Part shown: one piece after another, positions 14,022 through 27,209 of the stretch | How the letters are laid out: each line of letters starts with the position of its first letter | Position numbering within the stretch: position 1 is the stretch's first letter | Translations under genes and position numbers: made by a program | Origin: Rhizodiscina lignyota | Lineage: Eukaryota | Length of the DNA: 64,000 nucleotides | Direction of reading: 5' to 3' | Assembly (NCBI GenBank): GCA_010015805.1 | Contig: ML978121.1 | Span: 992,001-1,056,000, forward strand | Notes under the pieces: generated by a model | Told to the model about the DNA's origin: nothing | The model's database searches: none | Seen by the model: the letters and a program-made list of their open reading frames with translations, nothing else

Positions 14022-17000
14022 CTACATCCCCATACACTTCGTAGTATGCCTAAGTACTGTAGGGTAAATATCCTTATCCGCATCTTTACCCATCCAACAA
14101 TCCAAATGCCCGTAGCCCTCAAACACCTGCAATTCATATCCGCCTTGTCCAAATTTATGCGTGAGCGTTGTGAACGACTTGTCTGTGGCTTCAGGTTTGT
14201 ACACCACATTTTCCGAGCCCGAAATGAAGAGGATCTTCAGGCCTTGGAGACGCTCAAGGTTTTGCGCAGTGACAAGATTCTCATTGTTGTTGTTCGTGAC
14301 AAACCCGTGCGTGCCCATGTACATGAGATGTTCGAGGGAGTGCATTGTGGTGCCACCAAGGAACTTGGAGAGATTGGAGTGTGTGGCATCGTTGAGCATT
14401 TTGTGGGACCATAGTCTGTTCTCGTCAGCATTTCTGTCTACTTATGCATAAAATAAGGCCTGCGCACCTTCCAAATACGAGCTCCGATCGGTGGCATACG
14501 ACTGAACTGCAAATTTCCCTCGTAGCCCCGACAGGATACAGCCGGACGATCTGGTTAAGGAGACGCTGTATGAGGGAATCATGCTGTGTGGAAATGCAAG
14601 AGAACCATTTTCCAGCAACCATTTGGTACAGCTTGGTCATTGGAATGGGCATCAACGCTTTGAGCTTGTTCACCGTTCCGAAGATCGGATTGAAGAAGAC
14701 CTGAGAGGCCGTCAAACCCTTCAGCCATTTCGACGGTATGGTCCCGTCGAGTAAGCCAGCTGACAGAGCGACGGAACCCGCGCAATGGGCAATCACATAT
14801 ATCGGATCTACAGAGTTTTGCAATTGGTGGATTGCCTTGAATGCAGCTTGGATATCAAGGCGAGCATCATATGTTGTGTATTGCCTCTGCGCATTTGGAG
14901 TCTTGCCGACGCGGTGTGTGACGCAGAATACCTCGAAGCCTGCGGACTGGAAGAACTCAACGGCATTCCTGCCGATAGTCGGAAGGGCGAATATCTGATG
15001 GTCAACGGAAGCTCCAGGAATGAAAAGCAGCTTTGGCGACGACGCTGCAGGATTGTTGGGGAGCCAGCGAAGAAGAGTTGACACAATGTCATCCACTGCT
15101 TTGATCTTGATCGTCTCGTTTGGAGGCATCTTGTTAGTCTTATAACCGATGAATGTCGTGCTTGGCCATTGAACAGATCCAAGAGATCCAAAGAACTTGT
15201 TGAAGACCTGCTCTGTAAAGAAGGACAAAAATTTGCCCGTTGAGGACCATTGGGACAGCTTGCTGCTCCCATAAGACTGGAAGGTTGCCAATTCGCTGAT
15301 AAAGTTCGGAATCTGAATATTGAGCATACCCTTACCGATCACTAACTCCGCTTTGGTCAAAGTCACGTATAAAGTGGATGTGGCCTTCCAAGTTGCCCAA
15401 GGATTAAACGCCAGGGATCTGTCGACAAGCTTGTACCCGCTGAAATGAATGACTTCTCCATGAGTTGAGATCATGTCGAATTCATAGGTCAAGTTTGTCG
15501 TATCTGGTGTGCGGAGATCTTTGGTGAATAGGCCGAAGTCGCCTCGTAGAACCATGAAAGGGGATCCAGGTAACGCCGCACAGGTGAATGATCCTGTTAG
15601 CATAGCAGGATGTGCGTCCAGATCAAGAAGCGAGTCAGTGTTCCACGCATGACAGCTGAGAAAGAATCTTGCAGTTGAGCCCGCTGCTTGTGCAGCGTCA
15701 GATGCAATCTGAAAGTCTTTGACGTCATCCTCGCAGTTGATATACCCCGACATCACTTCCGTGAATTCGATACCTTCCGCAGATGAATTGATGGAGTTGT
15801 AGATTAGATTTTCAGCGTGCCGGAGCTCCTTTGGTGTTGGTATGGGATGCGCAGGGCGGCCAAAAAGATCAAGAACACCGTTTGCAGTCTTGTAATCAAT
15901 ATCGAGATGATTCCGTCTTGCTGCATCCTCAACAAACTTCTCCGCAAGGGCCGTAATCGTCGCAAATGGATTGACACCTAGTGCAGTCGGTACAGCAGCA
16001 CCATCCGCAATGACAATACCGTCGTAGACGCTGACGCCATTTCCTTGGAAAAGTCTTCCTGATGAATCTGTTGCACCGTTATCTCCGGTTTCGTCGTAGC
16101 TGATCGAAGCGCCTCCAATGGCGTGAACAGTGATCTCTTGCTGGCCCAGGGCTGCGTAGAATGGAGAGTTGATGTATGTACCACCAACGCCATTTGTCAT
16201 CTTTGCAAGTTGTCCATTCAAGAATTCGACATGATCACTGCGGCCTACCCCCTCCCATCTAATCGCGGTTTTGTCATTCTCCAGCGTCATGATAGCTTGG
16301 TTGCTGTCGTGGGACATGATCAGATAAGTCTGCGTGCGCTCAAGGCTTCCAGAAGCAGCATAGTTGGATAGCCTGCTCTTCTGCCGAGAGATGAAATGCC
16401 TAAGCCATTGTGCGAGTCCATAGTTCCGAGGATAGATTTTCCCCGGCATTGCCTCCAACATGTATTGCAAAACTGGTACCAGAGGTTGTGTGATAGCGCC
16501 TTCTTCAATAACGTAACCATCGAGGGGATTTGGCTGATCTCGACAGTCAATGACTCCAGTGATGGTGGGGCCAATTGGCCGGTAAGGATCTGGGAACGAC
16601 TTCCCCATTCCATTGACCTCGTAGTCCGTGTCGTATCCGAACGCCAAGATGTCGCCATTCCCGCTCATATCTCTTCCAATCCTGTCGCTCATCCTCATAC
16701 CCAATGCTTTTGATCGGAGTAGTATCTCCGTTGTACCAAGCGCTCCGGCCCCAAGGAACACAAACTTCCTGGCATGGATCCACATAAGGTCATGATGAAT
16801 GTTATCTTTGAACATTCCGCGCTTTGCCCCATGCCAGGCAAAGTATACGAGATAGCCTTCCTCCGTAGGATGCTTCTTCAAATATCGGACCTCGCATTCA
16901 CAGAAGATCTCAGCTCCCCAATTCCAGGCATCGCTTAGATAATTGACCAAGGTGCTGGATTTGCTCCCATCGTTTACTCCCGTTGAGTCCATACCAGTAA

Positions 17001-17796
17001 GATTGCTACCTTGCATCTGAACACCGACATTGTTCGGACCGTTCTCAAATCTGGTCGTCTGAGGAACTCTCTTGAAATTTGATTCTTCGCCCAACAGCTT
17101 CGCTTGTTCGCGAAGAAGCTCCAGCTTTGGTAGAGGCGGGAAGTCCTCAGGATAAGGCTCTGGCTGCAGCATGGACTTTGCTCTCTCGTAGTAGACATCC
17201 AGCGCTCCTTTCTTGCGCAGCTCTTCAGGCCATTCTGGGAGGCTCATGGTACCTGGATCGGCCTCTAAGAAGACATTAGCATTAAGCAAGCTAGTCCCAC
17301 CAAGGCCGCTCGCAACGAATGCATTTTGGCCCTCGCCAACAACAAGTTGGTAGAGCTTCGTAGGGTCACCAATGCTGACTTGACGGCCAGGTTTGTCATT
17401 TGGTGCGAACAATCCGGAAATGCTGATCTCAGGAGCAGCTTCAGCAAGCATGCTTGGATATTCCCCCGGCCATCGCTCTTTGCCTCGCTCCAACACGCAG
17501 ACGGACTGGCCAGCTCGAGACATGCGACTTGCTGCGACTCCTCCGCCATAGCCTGATCCGATAACTACGACATCGTATGTGTGGCGCAGAAGTTCGACTG
17601 GCTTAGAAATTCTGGGAAACCGGTTGTGAGTTTGTGAGTAGTCCTTCGGATCAAGCTTCGATTGAGATCTTGACGGGCCACCGGGTTCTGTGGTGCCTAC
17701 TGGAAACGACTCGCCATTGCGCTCAACGGATTGAATGGAGTCACTAGTATTGTCTCGAGGCAATGCCTCAGATTGTGAAGGGACAGGACTACCCAT
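14022..17796 (-). CDS. GMC oxidoreductase (cholesterol oxidase-like) fused to a C-terminal alpha/beta hydrolase domain
   Basis: FAD motif DVVVIGSGYGG, GLGGTSLLNANV, GAGALGT, VHAIGG, GVNPFATITALAE; C-terminal IAHCAGS and GYGHLDCWMG. One intron near 14470-14420 joins the last exon. First ATG 17796. Confidence 0.88.
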
Positions 17797-18666
17797 TTCT
17801 GGGTCTTGAGAAGTAATGAGGGCAAAGCTGTTATTGTGCTCCAAGATCCGTGTCGATACATATAGTGTGACGGCCAGCAGGGGGCATTAAGACATCGTCA
17901 AGGTCAGCTCTTGGAAGACTGGCATATGAGGTGCGTTGGAGCAGATGCTAAATAAGTCCGTTGCAGCGATTTACTTTTATGCCAGCTCCATCGCGCCTGT
18001 GTACAACGTCCACCGGAAGAGCAAGCTTGTGCTTCCACACCGGTAGACGGCGGGCGGGACAGCACATATCTGCCATGGAGAACAAGCTTCGAGACCATTT
18101 TCATTGAACGCCCCAGTTACACAAGGCATTCGAGAACGAGCACATGCAAGGAATGCGCAGGGATAGCTGGAGATGCGGAGGTGAGGAGGTGAGTGAAGTT
18201 GAGGAGATTCCCGTCAGCCCAGGAAGCCAAGGCTCGTGACCAGCCACCAATAATAGCTACTTCAGGGGTTAAGTTTCGGTCAGAAGCGAGAAGAGCGGGA
18301 ACGATGTTCAGCCTTAGCTGAGACTTCATAAATCGATTATAACCGGAGCATGTGATTGTATACTGGTACTCCTACATAGGTAGTAGTTTCGCTAGAAGGA
18401 CGGGAATGCACCCGAGCACGTGGGAGCGATGTCATCACTCGGCCTTGCGGTCGTAGGTATCTACCTGTATTGGACCATTTCTGATGAGATATTTTCAACT
18501 AGCAGCCCAAAGTCTATAAATATGGACCAAAGGGAAGATATTTTGATTACATAGAGCTTTCGCACAATCAAAGACTGTCGCAAACTCGAACGAATCAGCG
18601 TGAAAGAACCATTCCTCTAAAAACCTCACGATACAAGACCTGTCTTACGCCGAGACGTGACTGATC

Positions 18667-19533
18667 ATGGCACCAAGAGTGATCTTCCTCATGGCTGATT
18701 ATGGCCATGACCCTACAGGTACGTGATTATTCTGGTGCGTCAACTCACTCAGTTCACACACGTTACAGAGACTGCTATACCCTGGAAAGCCTTCCACGAT
18801 GCCGGCTTCAACACTTCCTTTGCGACAGAGCATGGCAAACCGGCGAATGCAGATGAAAAGATGCTCAGCGGTATTACAGGCACTCTCCTAGGAGCCACGA
18901 AAGCAGCAAAGGCCGCGTATCAAGAATTGATCAAGACTCCAGATTTCCAAAATCCGTTGTCATGGGCAGCCGAAGACTTCACTTTGGACGACTACGATCT
19001 CGTATTCCTTCCAGGAGGGCATGAGAAGGGCGTCCGTCAGATCATTGACTCTGCCAAAGTCCATAAACTACTTGAATCATATTTCCCCAAGACGAAGAAG
19101 CCTTCCAATAAGAGCGTTGCTGCGATTTGTCACGGGGTTCAAGTGCTGGCCACGGCATCGCGCGAGGATGGCAAAAGCGTCATTCATGAGGCAGAGACAA
19201 CTGCGTTACTTCATAACATGGAACAGGGCATCTTCCATGCAACGAGGCTTTTCCTTGGTGACTACTACAAGACATATGGAGCTGGAAGTCCGTCGGTGCA
19301 GAAGACCGTGACCGACAGGCTGCAGAACCCCTCGCAATTCAAGAGTAGCCTGAGTCTTTCTCCGTAAGTCACCAGAGATGGTATGAAGTACATGTTGATC
19401 TGAATGATGGGGCAGGTTCATCGTCGAGGATCCCAACTACAACTACCTGTCCGCACGATTTCCTGGAGACGCCGAATTGCTAGCAAGCAAAGCAGTTGAA
19501 ATGGTCAGCAGTGCAGTTAAGTCTTCGCTTTGA
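18667..19533 (+). CDS. DJ-1/PfpI family (class I glutamine amidotransferase-like) protein, 3 exons
   Basis: MAPRVIFLMADYGHDPT/ETAIPW across intron 18719-18768; LVFLPGGH; catalytic AAICHG; last exon FIVEDPNYNYLSARFPGD. Confidence 0.88.
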
Positions 19534-20340
19534 TAGGGGTTTCCGAACCTCGCATCCAGTGTAAGAAATCATGACTTGGATGATACCTCTAAGACTTGGG
19601 GATCATGGAATGCATGATCGCAAGGCTTATCAGACACCTATGATACCCAATTAAAATATCAGTACTAGAGCTCTCCTTTACATTGTCTTTCCCATGGAAT
19701 CTACGAGACTTGCGAAATTTCGTATCACCTGCAAGCAATTGGGAGACTGGGCGTCGACGCGAGACCTGCCCAGTCAACCGAGGCCCTTCTGTAATGTCCA
19801 CAGCATCTGCCCTGCGAGAAGCCTTCGTCATTCGGCCTCTGATAGGAGTATCACTGTCTTCGCTGGATTATCTCATATCTCATATACGTGTGCTTCGTAT
19901 AGTGTAATTCTTTGCTCGTAATTCCCAACATAACACCGCATTTACGAAGAATTCTGCAGATCCGCGGTAGTCGTATTTTCTCATTGCCATGAACCCATGG
20001 AGGCGAGAAGAAAGCGTTTCTCTTCCGCGGAAGGTATGATTTATGCTGTACCAACGAACGCTGGACACTCGTACAAATGTCTTCATTGCTACTCCTTGAG
20101 GTGACTGGTGAACTTAAGGTTTGCTTAACACATTTCAGGCATCTTGGATTCCACGCATGAGTCATGACTTTATCTTCACAATCCCGCGGATCCTCTTCCT
20201 TATATTTATACAGCAACTTCTTTTGATCATCAACTTCCTTCTCTTTTTCTTTCCACTTCATTGGAACACCTTGGTTCGCCGTCCCACTGCTTGAGAGCAA
20301 CGCCGACAAACAACCACTAAGCCAACACCATTGGACGAAA

Positions 20341-22270
20341 ATGTCTCTTCGACAAGTGATCGAGATGCTAATACATCACTTGGTAAGCTTTCGTGGACTA
20401 TCGATCTGCAATCCTGTAACAACGATTGATTCTCCTACACAGAACGAGAGTGTGGCAGACGGAAACAACTTTTTCGATAACGTCACATCTCAATTCCACC
20501 TCTACAAGCGTCTCGTTAGGGCGTTACGTGGATACCATGGTAGTCTACCGCAGTACCTCCAGTCAAAGGAAGAATACGATCTCGCTGGTCCGACACAGTC
20601 ACCAGACCCAGGTTATTCACGGATCCAAGTTTCGACATGGGTTATTCAGAGATATCTGCAGCCGTGCCACGTTTCCATTGACCTCCTTAGTGGCATCACT
20701 ATCGTTGAGCTTCGTGCGGGTATCCACCATCAAGGCCGGAAGCTCCTGGCAAAGGTTATCGGCGCATCGTATATGTCCAATGGCTTTCGGACAATCGTTG
20801 AGGACAAGAACGGAGATGTTATAGCTCTTGTGGTCTGCAATCCGCCTCCCAATATTGACCCCCAAGACTTGTTACCTCTCAATAGTTTGATTGTCGTGAA
20901 GCAACCCTTGTTCGAGGTTTGGTTCAAGCGCAAAGGGGAATTCGACTTGCAAATCCGGGTCGATCATTTGTCCGACCTTGTGATGAAGCTGGACGCCCGC
21001 TACCATGGAAATTCGAGCGTCTTGGATTCCCAGGAGTGGAAGGCAAAGGGAAAGCACGATATGACGACCATGGATACATGGAACGCAATCGCATGGTACG
21101 TGGAGCACTCTATTCGTATGATAAATACCAATATTCTTCAGTTACACGCAGGGCATCAAAGTTCTAGATCCATCGAACGATCCGAATGAGCTCGTACTCG
21201 CACGCGACCTCTTTTCCGATCGGGCTATGGCGTACTTAGACCGGGGACAATACGAGCTTGCGTACTATGACGCATGCAAAGCTTGCGACATTCAGCAAAA
21301 CATGCACAATGCTAGCCCGGGGCTTAGCGAAGATGGGGTACAGTTCTATTTTCATCAGTCCCATGATCAAGCTCTGTGGGTCAAAGCGACAGCCTTATAT
21401 GGCTTGCGCGAATTCCGAGGATGCTACCAAATATGCTCTATGGTCCTTAAGGCTGGCTGCGTCGATGACATGCGCCTTGAAGACGAATGGAACCATTTGT
21501 ACCAGCGAACAATTGCCCGGTGGTTCGAGTCCGAGAATGGCGTCTACAACTGGAAGCTGATTCGCAAGGGTGTCAAGAGAGACAAGATCGACAATGATAT
21601 TGCCTCGTACGCCGCCGCCGTGGAGGTGAAGGATGCTGGTGAGATGGGACGTGGTCTCTTCGCCAACCGCATTATCCGTGAAGGACGGGTTGTACTGGCA
21701 GAGAAAGCATTCGCGTATGCAAAGGGAGAAGCTCGCGGCCAGGAAACGCATCTCAATGTCCTTCATGACCTTACCCGCGACGCACCTCAGATATCGGCTG
21801 GGGAGGCGCTTCTTGAAAAGACGTTGGCAAGCCTTCAAAACTTGGGCCCGGAATGGCGACGACAGTTCTTCAAGCTCTACAGCGGTGGATATCCGTCCGG
21901 TGACCGCCCATTTGAGACGGCACTTAGCACGCACGACCAACCGATCATCGACGTGTTCCACGTCCTTTCCATAATCCGCATGAACAGTATGGCATGCGGT
22001 CCTTCTGACGAGGAAGAAAGTGATGAAGAAAATCTCAACGAGCCAGACCGTGACGAAGGACTCTGGATCCAGGCGTCGTACACGAACCATTCTTGCAACC
22101 CAAATTGCAAAGTCTCCTCTTATGGTGACATGCTTGTGCTCAGAGCTGTGCGACGCATCGAGCCTGGTGAACAGATTACCGTCAACTACGTCCCGATGAA
22201 TGTGGCCCACGAGCAGCGCCACGCGATTCTGAAGGCGAATTGGGACTTTGAATGCGGCTGTGAGGCCTGA
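20341..22270 (+). CDS. TPR plus SET domain protein, probably C-terminally truncated
   Basis: Introns 20383-20442 and 21096-21141 join the ORFs. TPR-like helices, SET motifs GRGLFA, NHSCNPN, EQITVNY; ends FECGCEA-stop inside the post-SET motif. Confidence 0.8.
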
Positions 22271-22722
22271 ATGTAGGCACAGCCATTCGAGAGTTTGTCT
22301 TCCTTTGGGGATTTTGGAGTATTAGGATCGGTCAGAAATGTGAAAGGAGTCTTCAGAATGTTGGTGCGATAGAGTTTGAGCCCTGGACGGCGTCTGATGT
22401 GTGGGCGGTCACTTGGTAATAGTACAAAAGCGTTGGATACACTTATGGGTTAGTGACTGAATCAATTTCAAAATTATTTCCTTAGATTCAAAGACACACA
22501 TCGTGCACTGGAGTAATGCGGCGATTTCATGAATACGGGTGTCCTCCGGCCGACCTCGGCTCGTGTCGGATATTGCCCAGAATATCAAAGTCACCACCAC
22601 TTTGGTCGTCTGAACCACATTTCATAGATTTCTATGCCGCTAGTGGTTCTCATGTTCATGTTATAGCAGCAATAGCGCCATCACAAGAGCTTAGAAGAGG
22701 AAGTCATTGAGAAGAGGCAACC

Positions 22723-23922
22723 ATGGCTCCTCGCCCTTATTTCAATGACAAGGGCGAAGTCCTGCCTCTAGTAGAGCTTATGAAACTTGAGAAAATAGAT
22801 GATTGGACCTTCAGGTCTTGTTCAAAGGCATATGAGCCCACTGGAGGCGGTAATGGTGCATACGGTGGATTTATATACTCCTTATCTGCATGGGCCGCGG
22901 CACAAACTGTGGCAGAAGGGCAGATATTACACGTATGTTACTAAATTTCCAAGTTTCATATCAAAATTCAGCTTCATGCTGAAGAACCCTTTCCATTTTG
23001 GTATATCCGGTGGTATCATCGCACACATATATGAAGCTGATTTTTGTCAATACAGAGCGTATCCGGTAATTTCATCCTAGGAGGTATCCCAAAGGAGCAT
23101 TTCGACATCAAAATCACCAAAATCCGCGATGGCGGCAGCTACTGCACACGGTTTACTACAGTTAGCCAATCCAAAGGCATCTGCTTCACATCCATCTGCT
23201 CGTTCAAGCGCTCTGAGACGTCCGCTATTGACTTGCAAGACCCACACATGAACATCCGGACTCACTACTCGTCGGTCCTTTCTGGCAAATCCTACTATGA
23301 CCATCCCGAAGCGCCCAGCCAGGATTCCGAGTGGTTTCGTCAGATCTACCTTCCCAAACATCCAGACCACTACAATCCGCTCCCTGGCTTACATCTACGG
23401 AAAGTGGACATGAAGGCGTACAACGAGCCGCGGCACCCGATTGATCGGCGGCAGCTGATATTTTATACTCTCCGAGGAAGACTACCGGAGATTGATAAAG
23501 AGCGGCCCAGTACACGTGAAGCTAACTTGCACGCCATCGGCCACCTCTTCGCCTCCGACCGCAACTCTCTTCACATCATTCCTAACTTCAACGACCTGGG
23601 CCTGTCGGCCTCTCGTATCGCCTCTTTGTCGCATACAGTGACCTTCCATGTTGGTGTCGACAAGCTGTTCATGCCGAATGAGCCAGCGGGAAGGAATCCG
23701 CGATCCCCACCAACGGAGGGCCCAGATGGGGAAGTTTGGAGCGGGGAGGCGGATGAGAGCCAGAGAAAGTGGTTTGTGCAGGAGGCCTGGTCAACGAGGA
23801 GTGGTGGTGGACGAGCATTCCATACGAGTCGACTTTGGGATATGGAGACTGGAGTGCATTTGGCAACAACGGTGCAGGATGGCCTGGTGAGGTATCGCGA
23901 GGGGGCGGAGTTAAAGCTTTGA
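22723..23922 (+). CDS. Acyl-CoA thioesterase II (TesB/Tes1 family)
   Basis: AYGGFIY, H/SVSGNFILGG across an intron ending 23055, IRDGGSYCTR, ASDRNSL, SLSHTVTFH, ATTVQDGLVR. Confidence 0.88.
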
Positions 23923-24054
23923 TGGCAGTTCCACGAGGCTTTTGTAGAGTGGGATGTAGTTCTGATAGAAAATTAGCATTTTGTCGCACGATTTTGGTGC
24001 TGACCAACTTACAATGACGCGAGGTGCTCAGTCAACACAGGATGGAGGAGAGCA

Positions 24055-24690
24055 TCATCGCAACGAAATTGCAACTTCCAGTAAGCTGGTCTGCCTCAAC
24101 CTAGTGTCTGGAATATCTTCTTCCTCTTCCTTCTTTGCCTCCGTTTCCGCCTCTCCAACCTCATCCATCACTTGTGCCTTCGGTTGCACAACCACATCAT
24201 CAACCGCCCACACACTTCCCGTCTGCATCCTCACCTTATACTCATCCTGGCCCTGAAACCAAACTGCTAGGCCCAGCGCCTTCTCAATGCTCCGCCCCGT
24301 AGCCTTTATCCACACTTCCTCCTGCTCGCTTCTGTCCAACGTCGCTGTTGCGGCAGCCATGATCTTATCCTTGGGCGGGGCATCCATTTTATGAAGCTTG
24401 CTCTGCACGGCGCGCCTGTCTGCAAGAACGAGGAGCTTGCGTACACGCTTGACGGCAGACATGAATGGTGTGCGGGTGGAGACGTACACGACCTTCTGCT
24501 GGGAGGAGGAAGCGCGAGGAGAAGGGATCGGAGGACGGAGGAGAGGACGTTTTTGTATTTTTGCGTCTTCTTGGGATTAGCAGGTAGAGCTCCATGTCGA
24601 GGGCAATGTAAAAATACTCTTTGGGAGCGTTTGGAGCTTCTTTGGCTTGCGGAGTGGTGGCTGTTTGGCTGAAGCTTTTTCATCGGCCAT
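24055..24690 (-). CDS. POP7: RNase P/MRP subunit Pop7 (Rpp20, Alba-like)
   Basis: ATG 24690, one intron; KIQKRPLLRPPIP, VYVSTRTPFMSAVKRVRKLL, KATGRSIEKAL, TGSVWAVDD, RQTSLLEVAISL. Confidence 0.85.
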
Positions 24691-24920
24691 CTTGATGTTG
24701 CGTCTCAATTCAGGTTCTTTGGTGAAATTGTACGGCCTCTGTAAGAGAACAATTGAATTTGGTTAAAGTGCTCGCTGTTATGTATTTTGATTGAAGTCGA
24801 GATGAGGACGAACAGAATCAGACTCCAGATGGATATCTACCAGGGCTACCTACAGGTATCCGGAGCTTCCCACATCGTCACTTCTAGCGTAGGGCTGAGG
24901 TTCGTGCACAGTCCAGCATA

Positions 24921-24960
24921 GGAGATCGCCCTGTCACGTGCAATGCACCACTAAATGCAA
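24921..24960 (+). repeat. Left terminal inverted repeat of the transposon
   Basis: Reverse complement of 27034-27073 with three C/T differences. Confidence 0.92.
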
Positions 24961-27033
24961 TACTATCCTTAAAATAAGCTATAAACTTAAAAGTATGATT
25001 TCTTAATAACTATAAGAGATAATGACTTTAAATTTAAATATGTAATAGATAATATTATTACGTATAAGTTTTATTATATAAACTATTACTAAAAGTACTT
25101 TAGTAGCTTTATTTTACGCCCTAATCGTGTTTAGGTACCCTAAGTACTAGGAATAGTATTTTCCTTATTAAAAATCTTAACCTCTTTTAGAATTTATTAA
25201 TACTTATTCTTCTATTTCCTTAGCTTCTTATTAGCTACCTTAGCTTTAGATTAAAGTTGTTTATTAGCTTATTTTTTAGTATAAGCTTTTTAAAGTTATA
25301 GCCTTTTTTAAGTAGCTTTTTCTACCCTTTTTAACCTTACTACTACTAGCTATTCTCGCTTTTTATTAGCTAAATAATCTTTCTCTTATTTAGCTTCTTA
25401 TTTACACCTCTTTTCCTCCTATTTTTATATAACCTCTTATTATTATTACTTCTTCTTATAAGCGATTTACTCTTATATTAGCTATACCTTTAAAGGTAAG
25501 TATATAATTATTTTATAGTTAGATTTATTATAAAGTCGATTAAATAGTAGTTTACCTTAGTAGTCTTTAAGTTTCTTAGCTCTAATTACTTCTCTTAAGC
25601 TATTTCTTTTAGCTATAAGTTATTAAACTTAAAATAATAAACGCTTAATTATATTAGTAATCTTTAAAGTATTCTCTTAAACTAAATAATTAATATACTT
25701 TTTAAGTACCTTATAAACCTTTTACTAATTAGATACTAAGAGTACTAAAGTAGCTAATTAACTTAAGCTTAGCTAAGTTAAAGGTTTAATTTATAAGAGT
25801 ACTTACTCTAGATTAAAAAGCTAGATACTAGCCTATTCCTAGCTAGATTTAATAATTTTTAGAGTAAATACTAACTAGAATACTAGCTAAAAGAGTAAAA
25901 AGAACTAACGCTTACTTAGAAAGGTAAGTCCTTAAGTTCTAATCTACTAGTTATCTAGATTTATACTATAATAATATATAATACTATAAAAGTAGGTAAG
26001 ATCTAGTAGCTATAGTTAGTAGGTAGAATAAGGCGGAAATACTACTATAAGAATCTTATATTTATTATACTAATCTAAAAAGCGTATATTAATATAGCTA
26101 TTATAACTATTAAGTATAAAAAACTACTAGTTTCTTCTATTTCGTACTTTCTTCTTTAAAGCTAGGTTAAATACTATAGCTAGCTACTTAATACTAAAGT
26201 CTTTATTTATTTAGCTACTTAGTAATACTATAAAATAGTAATTGTACTTACTAGTATTAAAATCGTATAGCTAGGTATCTTAAATATTACTTAAAATACC
26301 TTAAAAGATTAAAGTTAGTCGTATTAGCGTACTATCTATATAGTAGCCGCTAATTATAGTAATCTAGTCTTTTAACCTATTTTAGCTTATACTAATTAAT
26401 CGATACTTTAGTACTTACCTCTATATAAATATACGTCTTATCTTATATAAAACTCTAAGTAAAAAGCCTTTTTTATCTATATTATAGCTATTTTTAGGTT
26501 TAATCGAATATTTATCGATTTTTATTAAAAGCTTTAGAAATTAGTACTAGATAAAGGTAGTACTATAGAGCTTACTAGGTTAAAATAGAGCTTATACTTA
26601 TAGTAATTATCTACTTTTATATAGCTTTAATCTACGCCTATAAGATATCTAGATTTAAGCTTATTTTTATACTATTTAATAAAACAACTAGTCTAATTCT
26701 TTCTAAGTATTTTATAAGCTAATTTACTAGTAAAGTACTTAATTATTAGCTATATAAGAGGTATACCTCTCTTAGTAAGTATATTAATATATTTTATAAG
26801 CTCTTTCTTCTACTAGATTAAGAGTAATAACTAATATTCTTTTAAAGTACTTTTTTCGCTTATTTAGCCGTTAAACTACCGCTAAAGCATACTAGGCACG
26901 ACTCCGTACTTATTTACGACTTTATAATATAGAGGAACCTCTTAGGATTTTAATTCTATAAGCGCGAGCTTAATTAGTTATATATTCGTTAAGATATCGA
27001 ATTTTGAAGATAGTAGCTTATTGGTATGGGCTG

Positions 27034-27073
27034 TTACATTTGGTGGTGCATTGCACGTGACGGGGCGATCTCC
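27034..27073 (-). repeat. Right terminal inverted repeat of the transposon
   Basis: Reverse complement of 24921-24960; followed by TA. Confidence 0.92.
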
Positions 27074-27209
27074 TACACCGCCACAGGTGTGGCTTCAGTG
27101 GCTGATGGGCTGGGTTTTCTTCTAGAGTCCATTTGCAGAACTACGATAGATCAGAGACGGAATCTGTGAGGTGAATGACCGGTCACGTTCATCTTGCATT
27201 GAAAAAGAC

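Larger units (their letters stand above)
24921..27073 (-). mobile_element. pogo/Fot1-type (Tc1-mariner superfamily) DNA transposon, full length, inactivated by RIP
   Basis: About 40-bp TIRs (GGAGATCGCCCYGTCACGTGCAATGCACCACYAAATGYAA), TA at 24919-24920 and 27074-27075. AT/TpA-rich interior. Minus-strand relics YNIDKKGF (26486-26463; YNMDEKGF), ILNSYNSY (about 26117-26094; ILDGHNSH) and PPYSTY*L*LLD (26036-26001; PPHSTHQLQPLD). Confidence 0.93.

Noticed and set aside
19851..20309. 152-aa minus-strand ORF
   Set aside because: No recognisable domain; its charged stretch is the antisense of the pyrimidine-rich SET promoter.
21395..22222. 275-aa antisense ORF opposite the SET gene
   Set aside because: Shadow of a codon-biased sense gene; no motifs.
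22268..22270. Selenocysteine recoding of the post-SET TGA
   Set aside because: Ascomycetes lack the Sec machinery and I saw no SECIS-like element; a nonsense mutation is simpler.
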